From Candidatus Poribacteria bacterium (GTDB lineage Bacteria; Poribacteria; WGA-4E; WGA-3G): a DNA stretch of 64,000 nt. Shown here piece after piece: positions 37,579-46,558 of this stretch. The first letter of the stretch is position 1, and every line of letters starts with the position of its first letter. Below the pieces are notes generated by a model. That model did not search any database, was not told the origin of the DNA, and worked only from the letters and a program-made list of their open reading frames with translations. Location of the stretch: positions 3,855 through 67,854 of the forward strand of contig PYIY01000200.1 of assembly GCA_003635195.1 (NCBI GenBank), in the 5' to 3' direction. Made by a program: the position numbers and the translations under genes.

Positions 37579-39009
37579 CTATTCTTGAGCATCTACACTG
37601 TTATTATCTTCCTGTTTGTAAGCGTCCAACTTACGGTGTAAGGTTCGTACGCCGATGTCGAGAATTTTTGCCGCCTCTGTTTTATTGCCATCTGCTTCTG
37701 CAAGGGTCTTTTGGATCGCTGCCCGTTCAATCTCCGCCATCGTCATCCCGACTCTGCCGATAACCTCTTCCGCATTAAGCGCAGGAAGATACCCCTCTGG
37801 CATCTGTGAACCGCCTTGCTGTCCCGTTGGCGGAGCAATCGGTAAAACGCCTTCTTGCGCGCGATGCTCAAGCGTTTTGGCGATCGTTGAAAGGATCTCC
37901 AACGCTTTTCTGAGGACATCTGCAACATCATCTGTGTCGTTAATTTGCATCCAACTGGTATCTTCATCTGGGATGAGGAACGGCACTTCATTACCGGCTG
38001 TGGCAGCTGGCTCCAGTAGACGGATCGCTGAGAGGATCAGTCCGAGAATTGTCTTGTAAATGGCCACATTTTCCGTTGCGATTGCCCCACCAGAGGTATC
38101 AACAACCTGTAAAGCCCCGCCTGATTCATCAAGCAGGTCTACCTCGCCGGTGGTTGCATCGACGATTTGTGTCGGTGCAAGCTGCGTGCCAGAGGTTTGC
38201 ACAGGTACTAAGGAAACCTGTTGAGATTCCGGATCCATCGGGAAATCTTTCAGTTGCAGTTCTTCGGTAGTGGCTGAGATAATCGCGGTCTCTATGGCAT
38301 TTCTGAGTTCACGCACGTTGCCGTACCAATCAGCATTCTGGAGATAATTGAGTGCGTCCGATGTTATATCGGTGATGGGTTTACCGTGTTCTGCGCTCAA
38401 TTCAGAAATGAACGCGGAGACGAAAAGTGGAATGTCCTCGCGACGGTCGCGGAGTGGTGGGATTTGGATGCGAAAGAGATTAAGACGGTAGTAGAGATCC
38501 TGCCTAAATTTTTTCTGCCGGACCGATGTCGCAAGATTGACATTTGTGGCAGCGATAATTCGGACATTGACTGTAATATTTCTTTCGCCGCCGAGCCGTG
38601 TGAACTCTTGTGTTTCTAAGACGCGCAGAAATTTTACCTGCACTTCAGGCGACATTTCGGCGACTTCATCAAGAAACAATGTACCGCCATCTGCTTGCTC
38701 AAATACACCGCGTCGTTGGTTTGTTGCACCGGTGAAGGCCCCCTTTTCATGTCCGAAGAGTTCACTTTGAAGGAGGTCTTGGTAAAATGCACCACAGTTG
38801 ACCGCTTTGAAGGGTTTATGTTTACGCGGGCTACCTTCGTGGATAGCCTGTGCGATGACATCTTTGCCCACACCCGTTTCACCTGTTATGAGAACAGTCG
38901 CTTTCGTTGGTGCGACCTGTGCGACTTGGCGCAAAACAACTTGCATCGGTGCAGACTCACCGATAATGCGTTCTGAATTATCGCTGATAACGGGTGTCGG
39001 GAGATTCAT
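37579..39009 (-). CDS. Sigma54-dependent transcriptional activator (bEBP) lacking an N-terminal sensor domain, with a long insert before the HTH
   Basis: The AAA+ domain starts at ~aa 15: ITGETGVGKDV, GAFTGA loop (EKGAFTGATNQRRG), TLFLDEV, RELRN. C-terminal Fis-type HTH: EAAKILDIGVRTLHRKL. About 170 aa lie between AAA+ and HTH. Confidence 0.85.
   Translation of the reverse strand: MNLPTPVISDNSERIIGESAPMQVVLRQVAQVAPTKATVLITGETGVGKDVIAQAIHEGSPRKHKPFKAVNCGAFYQDLLQSELFGHEKGAFTGATNQRRGVFEQADGGTLFLDEVAEMSPEVQVKFLRVLETQEFTRLGGERNITVNVRIIAATNVNLATSVRQKKFRQDLYYRLNLFRIQIPPLRDRREDIPLFVSAFISELSAEHGKPITDITSDALNYLQNADWYGNVRELRNAIETAIISATTEELQLKDFPMDPESQQVSLVPVQTSGTQLAPTQIVDATTGEVDLLDESGGALQVVDTSGGAIATENVAIYKTILGLILSAIRLLEPAATAGNEVPFLIPDEDTSWMQINDTDDVADVLRKALEILSTIAKTLEHRAQEGVLPIAPPTGQQGGSQMPEGYLPALNAEEVIGRVGMTMAEIERAAIQKTLAEADGNKTEAAKILDIGVRTLHRKLDAYKQEDNNSVDAQE
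38176..38192 (-). promoter_or_regulatory. Sigma54 promoter-like motif CTGGCACGCAGCTTGCA inside the bEBP coding sequence
   Basis: The plus strand reads tGCAAgctgcGTGCCAg. The reverse complement gives TGGCAC-N5-TTGC with correct spacing, on the sense strand of the gene. Confidence 0.3.
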
Positions 39010-39030
39010 TTTTTCACCATACAGAAATTA

Positions 39031-39789
39031 CTATTTGGGCTCAGATTCGGTACTGCGCGCGATTTCAATGAGTTGTTGAGGGGCTTGTTTGACCTGCTCA
39101 AAGACTTGGAAACCGTCACGACATGCAGCTTCACACAATCTCCTCAACACAACCCCTTTCATAGCCCAATTTGTGGTGCGAAGACTTTTCTGCAAATCGC
39201 TACCCGTTTCAACAACATGGAGGTTCGGTAAGTCTTCATTAACGACATGCTTGTGACTTTTCGCAAGCAAGAAAATTAGCGTTGTGGTCCGTTCTACCTC
39301 AAAAACACGTTGCAATGATTGAATATCATCCGGTCGCAATAGTGAAAAGACGAGGTCGTAACCATCAATCAGATCTGCTGTCCGTTCGGGGACACCGCTC
39401 TCGCCGAATTCTAAAATCTTAAGTTCGTGAAGTGGGGCGGTATCAAAAGGGACGATAATGTCTTTCTCGTTAACTGGACACTGTTTCCCGTCAACACGGC
39501 AAAAATACCACGGAAAATAGAGATCGAAGGTTGTCTCACCGTCCTGATCATGTTCCCGAATTTGTTTTAAGCCCTGTCGCAATTGCGTATTCATGGGACC
39601 CGAAAACATCTCTCCAGCGGGCATGCTGTAGTCCCGATCTTCACTATACCAACCCTCTTCATTGTAACCACAGAGTTCCTTGATTCGCGCCTCAAGACGC
39701 TCAGGTGGCGTACAATCCTCAGCCTGGAGAGGGTTGTCGGGTTTTTGCTTTTGCCCAGTTGTGTAAGGACTTAAGATCAATATTTTCAT
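39031..39789 (-). CDS. Hypothetical protein
   Basis: 252-aa ORF, 21 nt upstream of the bEBP gene. No motif I can assign. Confidence 0.5.
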   Translation of the reverse strand: MKILILSPYTTGQKQKPDNPLQAEDCTPPERLEARIKELCGYNEEGWYSEDRDYSMPAGEMFSGPMNTQLRQGLKQIREHDQDGETTFDLYFPWYFCRVDGKQCPVNEKDIIVPFDTAPLHELKILEFGESGVPERTADLIDGYDLVFSLLRPDDIQSLQRVFEVERTTTLIFLLAKSHKHVVNEDLPNLHVVETGSDLQKSLRTTNWAMKGVVLRRLCEAACRDGFQVFEQVKQAPQQLIEIARSTESEPK

Positions 39790-39794
39790 ATAAA

Positions 39795-39885
39795 CGGCTG
39801 TCGGCTATCGGCTGTCAGCCATCAGTTAAGAGGTCTTTTGATTAAATCATAAGTTTCCTTTACTGACTGCTGATGACTGATAGCC
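39795..39885. repeat. Heptad-arm hairpin element (copy A)
   Basis: Left arm cGGCTGTC GGCTATC GGCTGTC AGCCATC AGT, then core TTAAGAGG. Right arm CCTTTACTGACTGCTGATGACTGATAGCC. It fills the whole spacer between the secF stop and the next start codon. Confidence 0.8.
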
Positions 39886-39895
39886 ATTCTTGCTA

Positions 39896-41077
39896 CTACG
39901 CTGTTTGCTGTCCGCGATTCCAGAGATACAAGATCGGACTTGCGATAAAGACTGAGGAGTACGTGCCTATCAATACACCGACAATAAGTGCTAAGGCGAA
40001 GGTATTAATCTCCTCACCGGAACTGGAGTAGCCAAAGATAACCAAAACAACAAAAAGCGTTGTCAAGGATGTGATAACCGTCCTGCTTAGCGATTGGTTG
40101 ATACTCCGGTTAATGACCGTAAGATAGTCGGTTCCGCGTAAAGATTGCGAGTTTTCTCGAATCCGGTCAAACACGACGATTGTGTCGTTGAGCGAATACC
40201 CGATAATTGTGAGGAACGCCGCTACAGTCGGCAGGTTAATCTCTTTTGATAAAATAGCGAAGATGCCTAAAGTAATCAGGACATCGTGAACGAGCGCAGC
40301 AATAGCCCCGATGGCGAACGGGAAATCAAACCGCCAAGAGATATAAACGAGTAAAATGATGATCGACCAGAGGACAGACCAGAGCGCGGCCCATTTGAGG
40401 TCACGTCCGACACTCGGTCCGACCTCAGACACATTGACACCACCAGCGAGTGCTTGCCAAGGACTTTCCTCTTCAACCAATGCCTCTCCACCCTCCAGAA
40501 GCGCGTCTGTAAGAATTCTACCGACACTTGCCTGAATTTGAACAGTGGCATTCTCGCTTAAATCAATGCCGATAGGGTTCGCGAAGGTTAAGTTAATTGC
40601 GTCGCCTTCGGCACTATCTTTCCGTGCGATAATCTCATTGCGCTGCTGCGAAGTGCCATCAATGAGTTGGACGGTGTCGCCTTCTGTTAATAGATGTGCT
40701 TTTTCAGCGGTCTTACTCACCTGAAGGCTGGTAACGTTTACATCCCCCGGGTCCGCCATAATTGGGATATTAATGAGTTGCTGCTGAAATTCGGGACGAT
40801 GCCCCAGAGAGATAGACGCTTCGTTTTTGCCTTCATCTATTTGGATACTGGCGCGCTCGTAACCGATTTCAGAGAGTTTAGTTTGCAACTCAGCCTCTGT
40901 GACGACTCTGTTAAACTTGGCTTGGATTTTAACACCCCCGCGAAAGTCAATCCCGAAATTCGGTCCTTGATGGATGCCGAGGAAAATCAAGCCGATAACA
41001 ATGAGCACCGCTGAAAATACAAAGCCAGTGCGATGTTTGCTAATAAAATCAAAGTTTGTATTTCTAAGTAGTTCCAA
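39896..41077 (-). CDS. secF: Protein translocase subunit SecF (enlarged periplasmic domain)
   Basis: FDFISKHRTGFVFSAVLI...GIDFRGG...VGPSVG...IIGYSLNDTIVVFDRIREN. Confidence 0.85.
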   Translation of the reverse strand: MELLRNTNFDFISKHRTGFVFSAVLIVIGLIFLGIHQGPNFGIDFRGGVKIQAKFNRVVTEAELQTKLSEIGYERASIQIDEGKNEASISLGHRPEFQQQLINIPIMADPGDVNVTSLQVSKTAEKAHLLTEGDTVQLIDGTSQQRNEIIARKDSAEGDAINLTFANPIGIDLSENATVQIQASVGRILTDALLEGGEALVEEESPWQALAGGVNVSEVGPSVGRDLKWAALWSVLWSIIILLVYISWRFDFPFAIGAIAALVHDVLITLGIFAILSKEINLPTVAAFLTIIGYSLNDTIVVFDRIRENSQSLRGTDYLTVINRSINQSLSRTVITSLTTLFVVLVIFGYSSSGEEINTFALALIVGVLIGTYSSVFIASPILYLWNRGQQTA

Positions 41078-41090
41078 TTTTTTATTTTAT

Positions 41091-41188
41091 AGTTGTCAGA
41101 GTTCCTGGCAGTCAGCCATCAGCCATCGGCTTTCAGCAAAGAGGCGTTTCGTTTAACCCAATCCTCTCTACTAACCGATAGCGGCTAT
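41091..41188. repeat. Heptad-arm hairpin element (copy B1)
   Basis: AGTTGTC AGAGTTC ..GGCAGTC AGCCATC AGCCATC GGCTTTC AGC, then AAAGAGG ... CCTCTC, then tactaaccgatagcggctat. Confidence 0.7.
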
Positions 41189-41239
41189 TAAAACCTATTC
41201 ATCCAACAACCATTCCTCCATTAGAGTAAATCTATAATT

Positions 41240-41382
41240 AGCGGTCAGCGGTCAGGACGGATTCTACGAGGTATTTATAAAATCCTTTCAAGAGCCAGTT
41301 CCTCGCGTGTAGCAGTAAAAACTGCTTCGCAATGAAAATAACACACACGCTACTGACGGCTGACGACTGATGGCTGCCAGCC
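41240..41382. repeat. Heptad-arm hairpin element (copy B2)
   Basis: Left arm AGCGGTC AGCGGTC AGG. Right arm gctactgacggctgacgactgatggctgccagcc ends 2 nt from the secD stop. Confidence 0.65.
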
Positions 41383-41383
41383 A

Positions 41384-43330
41384 TTAAATACTGAGTTTTT
41401 GCACGTCCCGGTTCCCGACTGTTAAGCCATAAATCTCGCGTGTAACAACGATCGCTGTGAACATACTCGCGAGGATACCAATACCGAGCGTTATCGCGAA
41501 CCCTTTAATCGGACCTGTACCAAAATGATAGAGTACCAGGGCGGTAAAGAATGTAGTAAGGTTGGCATCTAAAATCGTTATAAATGCGCGCTGATAACCG
41601 CTTGTGATCGCTGCCCAGACGGTTTTGTTGGTCCGTAATTCCTCGCGAATTCGCTCAAAGATGAGGACATTCGCATCAACAGCTATTCCGATTGTGAGGA
41701 CAAGTCCAGCGATACCGGGAAGTGTCAATGCTGCACCAAAACCTGCCAAAGCACCGAGAAGAATTACCATATTAAAGACGAGTGCGACAATAGCAATTAA
41801 CCCGGAGAGACGGTAGTAAATTATCATGAAAATTAGAACTATGCCCAAGCCGAGGAGTGCAGCGCGAACGCCGTTGTCAATGGATTCTTTCCCGAGAGTG
41901 GGCCCGACGGTCCGCTCTTCTGCGATTTGGACACCGACCGGAAACGCGCCCGCTTTCAAGATATTGGAAAGGTAGCTTGCCTCTTCATAAGTGAAACTGC
42001 CTTGAATAATAGCATTTCCGATAATCTGGTCTTGGATGACAGGCGCAGACTGAACTTTCCCATCAAGGAGAATTGCCAGATGTTCACCGATATGATCGCC
42101 TGTGATTTTCGCGAATTTACGTCTGCCGACACCATCGAAACTTAATGAAACGACAATGTCAAAAGAGGTTGTGCCCGTGGTAGGAAATGCATCGGTAATT
42201 CGGTCTCCGGTTAGGAGTACAGGACTTTCCAAAACATACCAACTACCCGTCTCGCGATGATAGCGAACCTCACTATCCTCTGGAATATCATCGGGTGGCG
42301 GCGTATCGGCAGTCCCACTCCAGAAATTACCACCAGCTGGCGATTTCTTGACGAGTTTAAATTCAAGCCTCCCCATCTCTCTAACGATCTGTAGCGGCTT
42401 TGAAGAGTCTTCGGCACCGGGAAGTTCGACGATGATTCTTGGGTGATTCGCCTCCCGTCGGATAGAGGGTTCAGAAACGCCAAAAGCATCCACTCGATTT
42501 CGTAAGACGATAAGGACCTGTTCAATCGCCTGCTCACTATATTTATCAATCCCACTTTGGCTGAGTCTCAACTGATATACGGATTGTGTTTCCGTTTCGT
42601 TATTGACCTGTGCATCTTCAAAAAATTCGATTTCGTTAAGAAGCTGTTGTGCTTTTTCCAAATATTGTGTTTTTTGATTTGCATCGGATCGGAGTCGGGA
42701 GGGGATACCGACAAATACATCGAGTGCGTCTTGTCCTGCTACCTGTTTAACTTCACGGCACAAAACTTCTTCTGTGCGAAGTTGCTCAGGAATAGAGAGG
42801 GCGTGTTGGCGGAAGAGTTCAGCTTTGGAGGTCTCTAAATCTATTTCAAGTACAAGATGGACACCGCCTTTGAGATCTAATCCTAACTTTAATCGGTTAT
42901 CAGGTATGAGTCGTCGGACAATTCCCGGCAGGCTCCCGTATAGGTGTAAGTTGTCAAGCGTCGTCTGCGGGTTTTGACGTGCGTTCTCCGAGATGAGTCG
43001 AACATAAAATTCGTGTGATTCAGTCGTATCAAATTCATAATCAACTTCATGCTCAAACTTAAGTTTTCCTAAATGGACCCGGAAGACATCCATTAATTCA
43101 CTGGTCGCATCCTGGAAACTGATGCCTTCGGGGTATTCAACCTCTGCGAGGTTCACTTTAAAATCGCTATCCTCGGTGACTTCAAAAGCCGGAAGCTTTT
43201 CCTGCATCCAAAGCGGTAAATTCCCATATAACGGATTGTAGAAACTATCCGGCGTCGGGATGAGATATAACGCAGAGATTAGCAACACCCCGAGAATCAA
43301 AACTATTTTCCAGATACTGAATCTGTACAT
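41384..43330 (-). CDS. secD: Protein translocase subunit SecD
   Basis: LGLDLKGGVHLVLE, TVGPTLG, IGIAVDANVLIFERIREE. Length 648 aa. Confidence 0.85.
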   Translation of the reverse strand: MYRFSIWKIVLILGVLLISALYLIPTPDSFYNPLYGNLPLWMQEKLPAFEVTEDSDFKVNLAEVEYPEGISFQDATSELMDVFRVHLGKLKFEHEVDYEFDTTESHEFYVRLISENARQNPQTTLDNLHLYGSLPGIVRRLIPDNRLKLGLDLKGGVHLVLEIDLETSKAELFRQHALSIPEQLRTEEVLCREVKQVAGQDALDVFVGIPSRLRSDANQKTQYLEKAQQLLNEIEFFEDAQVNNETETQSVYQLRLSQSGIDKYSEQAIEQVLIVLRNRVDAFGVSEPSIRREANHPRIIVELPGAEDSSKPLQIVREMGRLEFKLVKKSPAGGNFWSGTADTPPPDDIPEDSEVRYHRETGSWYVLESPVLLTGDRITDAFPTTGTTSFDIVVSLSFDGVGRRKFAKITGDHIGEHLAILLDGKVQSAPVIQDQIIGNAIIQGSFTYEEASYLSNILKAGAFPVGVQIAEERTVGPTLGKESIDNGVRAALLGLGIVLIFMIIYYRLSGLIAIVALVFNMVILLGALAGFGAALTLPGIAGLVLTIGIAVDANVLIFERIREELRTNKTVWAAITSGYQRAFITILDANLTTFFTALVLYHFGTGPIKGFAITLGIGILASMFTAIVVTREIYGLTVGNRDVQKLSI

Positions 43331-43485
43331 TTTTTCTAAAATTCCTTGCGGTTCGTTGAGGTGGGTTTGTGCTCTGGCATTTCATTCCGTAGATCTGAAG
43401 AAATCCGCAGAAACACCCTATCAAAAACCCCTCCATTACATTACGGGCTACGGTCGGCCCCTATTTTTCAAAAAACCATTTCAAA

Positions 43486-43558
43486 TGCGCCTGGGAGGAA
43501 TCGAACCCCCGACACGTGGTTTAGGAAACCACTGCTCTATCCACTGAGCTACAGGCGC
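43486..43558 (-). tRNA. tRNA-Arg (anticodon CCT)
   Basis: Reverse complement folds by hand into a cloverleaf: GCGCCTG TA GCTC AGTGGATA GAGC A GTGGT TTCCTAA ACCAC GTGTC GGGGG TTCGATT CCTCC CAGGCGC A. 73 nt, CCA not encoded. Confidence 0.9.
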
Positions 43559-43727
43559 ACGTGTTCTTAGTATTTAACGCAAGCTGCCAGTTTGCAGCAT
43601 AACCTGTTAGGTTGTGCATCCTCGGACGCGGGCTAACAGCCTACGCTATAAAAATCCTACGAATCATGAACCATTTCAATGAAAAATGGTATCTGCACGC
43701 CTAAAATTTCGTAAGTAGCAACTTAGG

Positions 43728-44243
43728 TTAGTATTTAATGAGCGAAAAAATATCGTGGTCTGGAATTTTCTCCCTCCCGTTGAATTCCAGTAATTCAATT
43801 AAAACAGCAACGCCAACGATGTGCCCTTCCAGCTTCTCAACGAGTTCGATTGATGCAGTAAGCGTGCCTCCAGTTGCCAAGACATCATCACATACGAGTA
43901 CTCTGCTGTGTTTTGGGAACGCATCTTGATGAATTGTAACGACATCATAACCGTATTCAAGATCGTATGTGGCTTCGTGTGTCTGATGTGGTAATTTACC
44001 CCTTTTTCGGATAGGGACAAAACCGACACCGAGTCGATAAGCGAGCGCAGCACCGAAAATGAAGCCGCGTGCTTCAGTTCCCGTAACAACATCAATTGCT
44101 TCAAGTTTATAACGGAGTGCGAACTCATCAATCGCCCGATGAAAGGCGGTTGGATTTCCTAAAAGTGGCGTGATATCTCTATACACAATACCCGGTTTCG
44201 GAAAATCGGGTACCTCTCGAACAAATCGCGAAAAGTCTTGCAT
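43728..44243 (-). CDS. apt: Adenine phosphoribosyltransferase
   Basis: VPDFPKPGIVYRDITPLL and the PRPP motif VLVCDDVLATGGT. Length 171 aa. Confidence 0.9.
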   Translation of the reverse strand: MQDFSRFVREVPDFPKPGIVYRDITPLLGNPTAFHRAIDEFALRYKLEAIDVVTGTEARGFIFGAALAYRLGVGFVPIRKRGKLPHQTHEATYDLEYGYDVVTIHQDAFPKHSRVLVCDDVLATGGTLTASIELVEKLEGHIVGVAVLIELLEFNGREKIPDHDIFSLIKY

Positions 44244-45301
44244 TACGTTTCTCTCACCTCCTGATGCGGATGTATCATAATTTTCATTCCTTTCCGAGAT
44301 TCCATCGCTTCAAACGCCTTGTCAATCTCAACGAGCGGGAAATGGTGTGTGATAAGCGGTTTCACACGGATCAATCCCTTTTCAAGGAGACGAACCGCTA
44401 ATTCATGATGGCGCGGCACACACCCGTGTGAACCTGTCACAAAGCACTCCTTATAGTGAATAACATTTGAGAGAACACTCATAGGACGCATTGTCTTCGG
44501 CAACCCGCCGAATAGATTGACATAGCCGCGGTGCGCGACCATTTCAATAGCCTGTTCGTGCGCCTCAACGGAGCCACAGGTTGTAACGACGATATCGGGT
44601 CCCTCGCCGCCTGTCTCCTCCTTGCACCGCTCAATGACATCTTCCTCTTCAGAAGCGATGTAGGCATCCGCCTCGTAGAACTTTGCGATCTCCATCCGGA
44701 GCTTGCTGCGTTGGACACCAATGACTTTCGTGGCACCCATCACGCGTGCCAAGTCAATCATCATACAACCGATCGGTCCAAGACCGATGATGACCACAGT
44801 TTTTCCGAGGGACATATTAACAAGTTCAAGTCCATTGATGGCACAAGCGAGCGGTTCAGCGAGGGCAGCTTCATCAAAACTAAGGGTCGTATCAAACGGT
44901 GTAACCGGTCCTTCCTCCAAAACGAGGCGAGGGAGTTTCATATACTGCGCGAAAGCACCGGGGATTTGGTAACCGATGGCGTAGTTGATGTCGCAGTTGT
45001 TTCCGAGACCATCTCGACACCAATGGCACTGCCCGCACGGAACATCAGCACCGATCGACACTCGGTCGCCTTCCTTGACGCGCGTCACGTTTTTGCCGGT
45101 CTTAACAATGACACCGGCGTTTTCATGTCCAATAATGGTGGGGGGTTTAACTCTTGGATTACCGTGATGGAGGATACGGACATCAGAACCGCATATACTA
45201 ACAGCTTCAACCCGCATTAAAGCGGCATCATCATCGATTTCAGGTTCGGGTACTTCTTTCACACTTAAGTTGTCAAGACTTTCAAGTATAGCCGCTTTCA
45301 T
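44243..45301 (-). CDS. Zn-dependent medium-chain alcohol/polyol dehydrogenase
   Basis: ICGSDV, GHENAG, structural-Zn loop CGQCHWCRDGLGNNC, Rossmann GLGPIG. Confidence 0.8.
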   Translation of the reverse strand: MKAAILESLDNLSVKEVPEPEIDDDAALMRVEAVSICGSDVRILHHGNPRVKPPTIIGHENAGVIVKTGKNVTRVKEGDRVSIGADVPCGQCHWCRDGLGNNCDINYAIGYQIPGAFAQYMKLPRLVLEEGPVTPFDTTLSFDEAALAEPLACAINGLELVNMSLGKTVVIIGLGPIGCMMIDLARVMGATKVIGVQRSKLRMEIAKFYEADAYIASEEEDVIERCKEETGGEGPDIVVTTCGSVEAHEQAIEMVAHRGYVNLFGGLPKTMRPMSVLSNVIHYKECFVTGSHGCVPRHHELAVRLLEKGLIRVKPLITHHFPLVEIDKAFEAMESRKGMKIMIHPHQEVRET

Positions 45302-45304
45302 ATT

Positions 45305-45503
45305 TTTTGTAGTTATCAGTAGTCAGTTATCAGTAGTCAGAGGAATAGTTTTTAGTTATAAGTTATAAGTTATAAGTTAAGAGTCGGAAACTTGTCGCCG
45401 TCACGTTGATTGTATCCACCACAGAAACCCTCTTTAACTAACAACTAAAAACTAACAACTAAAAACTAATAAAACTGAAAACCGATAACCGATAACTGAC
45501 TAC
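45305..45503. repeat. Heptad-arm hairpin element (copy C, nested double hairpin)
   Basis: Outer arms AGTTATC AGTAGTC AGTTATC AGTAGTC vs ctgaaaaccgataaccgataactgactac. Inner arms tagtttttagttataagttataagttataagTTAAGAG vs CTCTTTAActaacaactaaaaactaacaactaaaaacta. It fills the spacer between the two ADH genes. Confidence 0.85.
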
Positions 45504-46558
45504 TATTCCTCCGATGGATGAATCAAAACTTTTGCGTAAAACTCACTCTTATCTCGCATCTTATGTAATATATTAGCACCATCCGCTAACGAAACTTTAT
45601 GTGTTATGAGCGGCATGAGCGTTAACATTCCAGAAGCCATTGCTTGCAGTACAATGCGCCAATCGTCGTCGTTGCCTGCGGCACTATAATCAGAGTTCCA
45701 TGTCCCAAAAACGTTCACTTCACGCCGCATTAATTGCGATATAAGCACTGCCGGAAGCGTCACATCTGTAGCAGGGTTACCGAGTAAAACGACGCTACCG
45801 CCGCGCCCGGCACTTCCGAGGGCATCGTTATAGGTAGCAGGGACACCCGCCGCTTCAATACAAACGTGCGCGCCCTTTCCACCAGTATGTGCGTTCACAA
45901 TCTCAACGGGTTTCTCAGTTGTAGTGCTAAATACCTTGTCAAATCCGAGTTGCTTCGCCAATTCCAGTTTTTCCGCAACAATATCAAAGAGAAACACTGT
46001 TGTCGCGCCCATAATTCTTGCCCACTGCGCTGTCATTAATCCGATGGGTCCTGCGCCAAAGATAGCGACAGTCTTTCCAGCGAGCGACGTATTCGCACGG
46101 CAGATTGCGTGTAGCGCGACTGCAGCGGGTTCTGTCATTGCTGCCTCCTCTAAAGTTACACTCGGTGGAACAGCAATCAAATTTTCTTTCGGCGCGACGA
46201 CATACTCAGCAAACGCGCCATCGCTTCGTGAACCGAGATAATCGTAGTCGTGGCATTGGACATACCTGCCCTGTTCACACGCTGCACAAGTGCCGCACCA
46301 GAGCAACGGAAATACAACAACAGGATCACCTGGCGCGAAATCGTCAACACTGGGTCCGCACGCATCAATGATACCAGCGAATTCGTGCCCACAAACCGTC
46401 GGGAAACTATAAGTACCTTTGACGAAAATTCTCGGAATATCGGAACCACAGACCCCACAGAATCCGATTCGGACACGGACCTGACCTTTAGTGAGAGGTG
46501 GCACCGGAATCTGCTCTAATCGTAAATCTCCAACACCATGAAGAACAAGTGCTTCCAT
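45503..46558 (-). CDS. Zn-dependent medium-chain alcohol/polyol dehydrogenase (second)
   Basis: CGVCGSD, CGHEFAG, CGTCAACEQGRYVQC, GAGPIG. Confidence 0.8.
   Translation of the reverse strand: MEALVLHGVGDLRLEQIPVPPLTKGQVRVRIGFCGVCGSDIPRIFVKGTYSFPTVCGHEFAGIIDACGPSVDDFAPGDPVVVFPLLWCGTCAACEQGRYVQCHDYDYLGSRSDGAFAEYVVAPKENLIAVPPSVTLEEAAMTEPAAVALHAICRANTSLAGKTVAIFGAGPIGLMTAQWARIMGATTVFLFDIVAEKLELAKQLGFDKVFSTTTEKPVEIVNAHTGGKGAHVCIEAAGVPATYNDALGSAGRGGSVVLLGNPATDVTLPAVLISQLMRREVNVFGTWNSDYSAAGNDDDWRIVLQAMASGMLTLMPLITHKVSLADGANILHKMRDKSEFYAKVLIHPSEE

Noticed and set aside
43567-43738. 11-nt direct repeat TTAGTATTTAA flanking the 160-bp spacer between tRNA-Arg and apt, as a possible att-site pair.
   Set aside because: It is too short, no integrase or cargo lies between the copies, and the second copy is simply the last codons and stop of apt.
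44531-45220. Long antisense ORFs: this 229-aa ORF, also 12505-13065, 1821-2207, 4041-4412 and 37655-38059.
   Set aside because: Each lies entirely inside a well-supported gene on the opposite strand with clear family motifs. They have no RBS or motif support and are explained by codon bias or periodic sequence.
39795-45503. Whether the repeated short units could be a degenerate CRISPR array.
   Set aside because: There is no constant repeat alternating with unique spacers. The units are 7-nt tandem heptamers arranged as inverted arms, and no cas genes are present.
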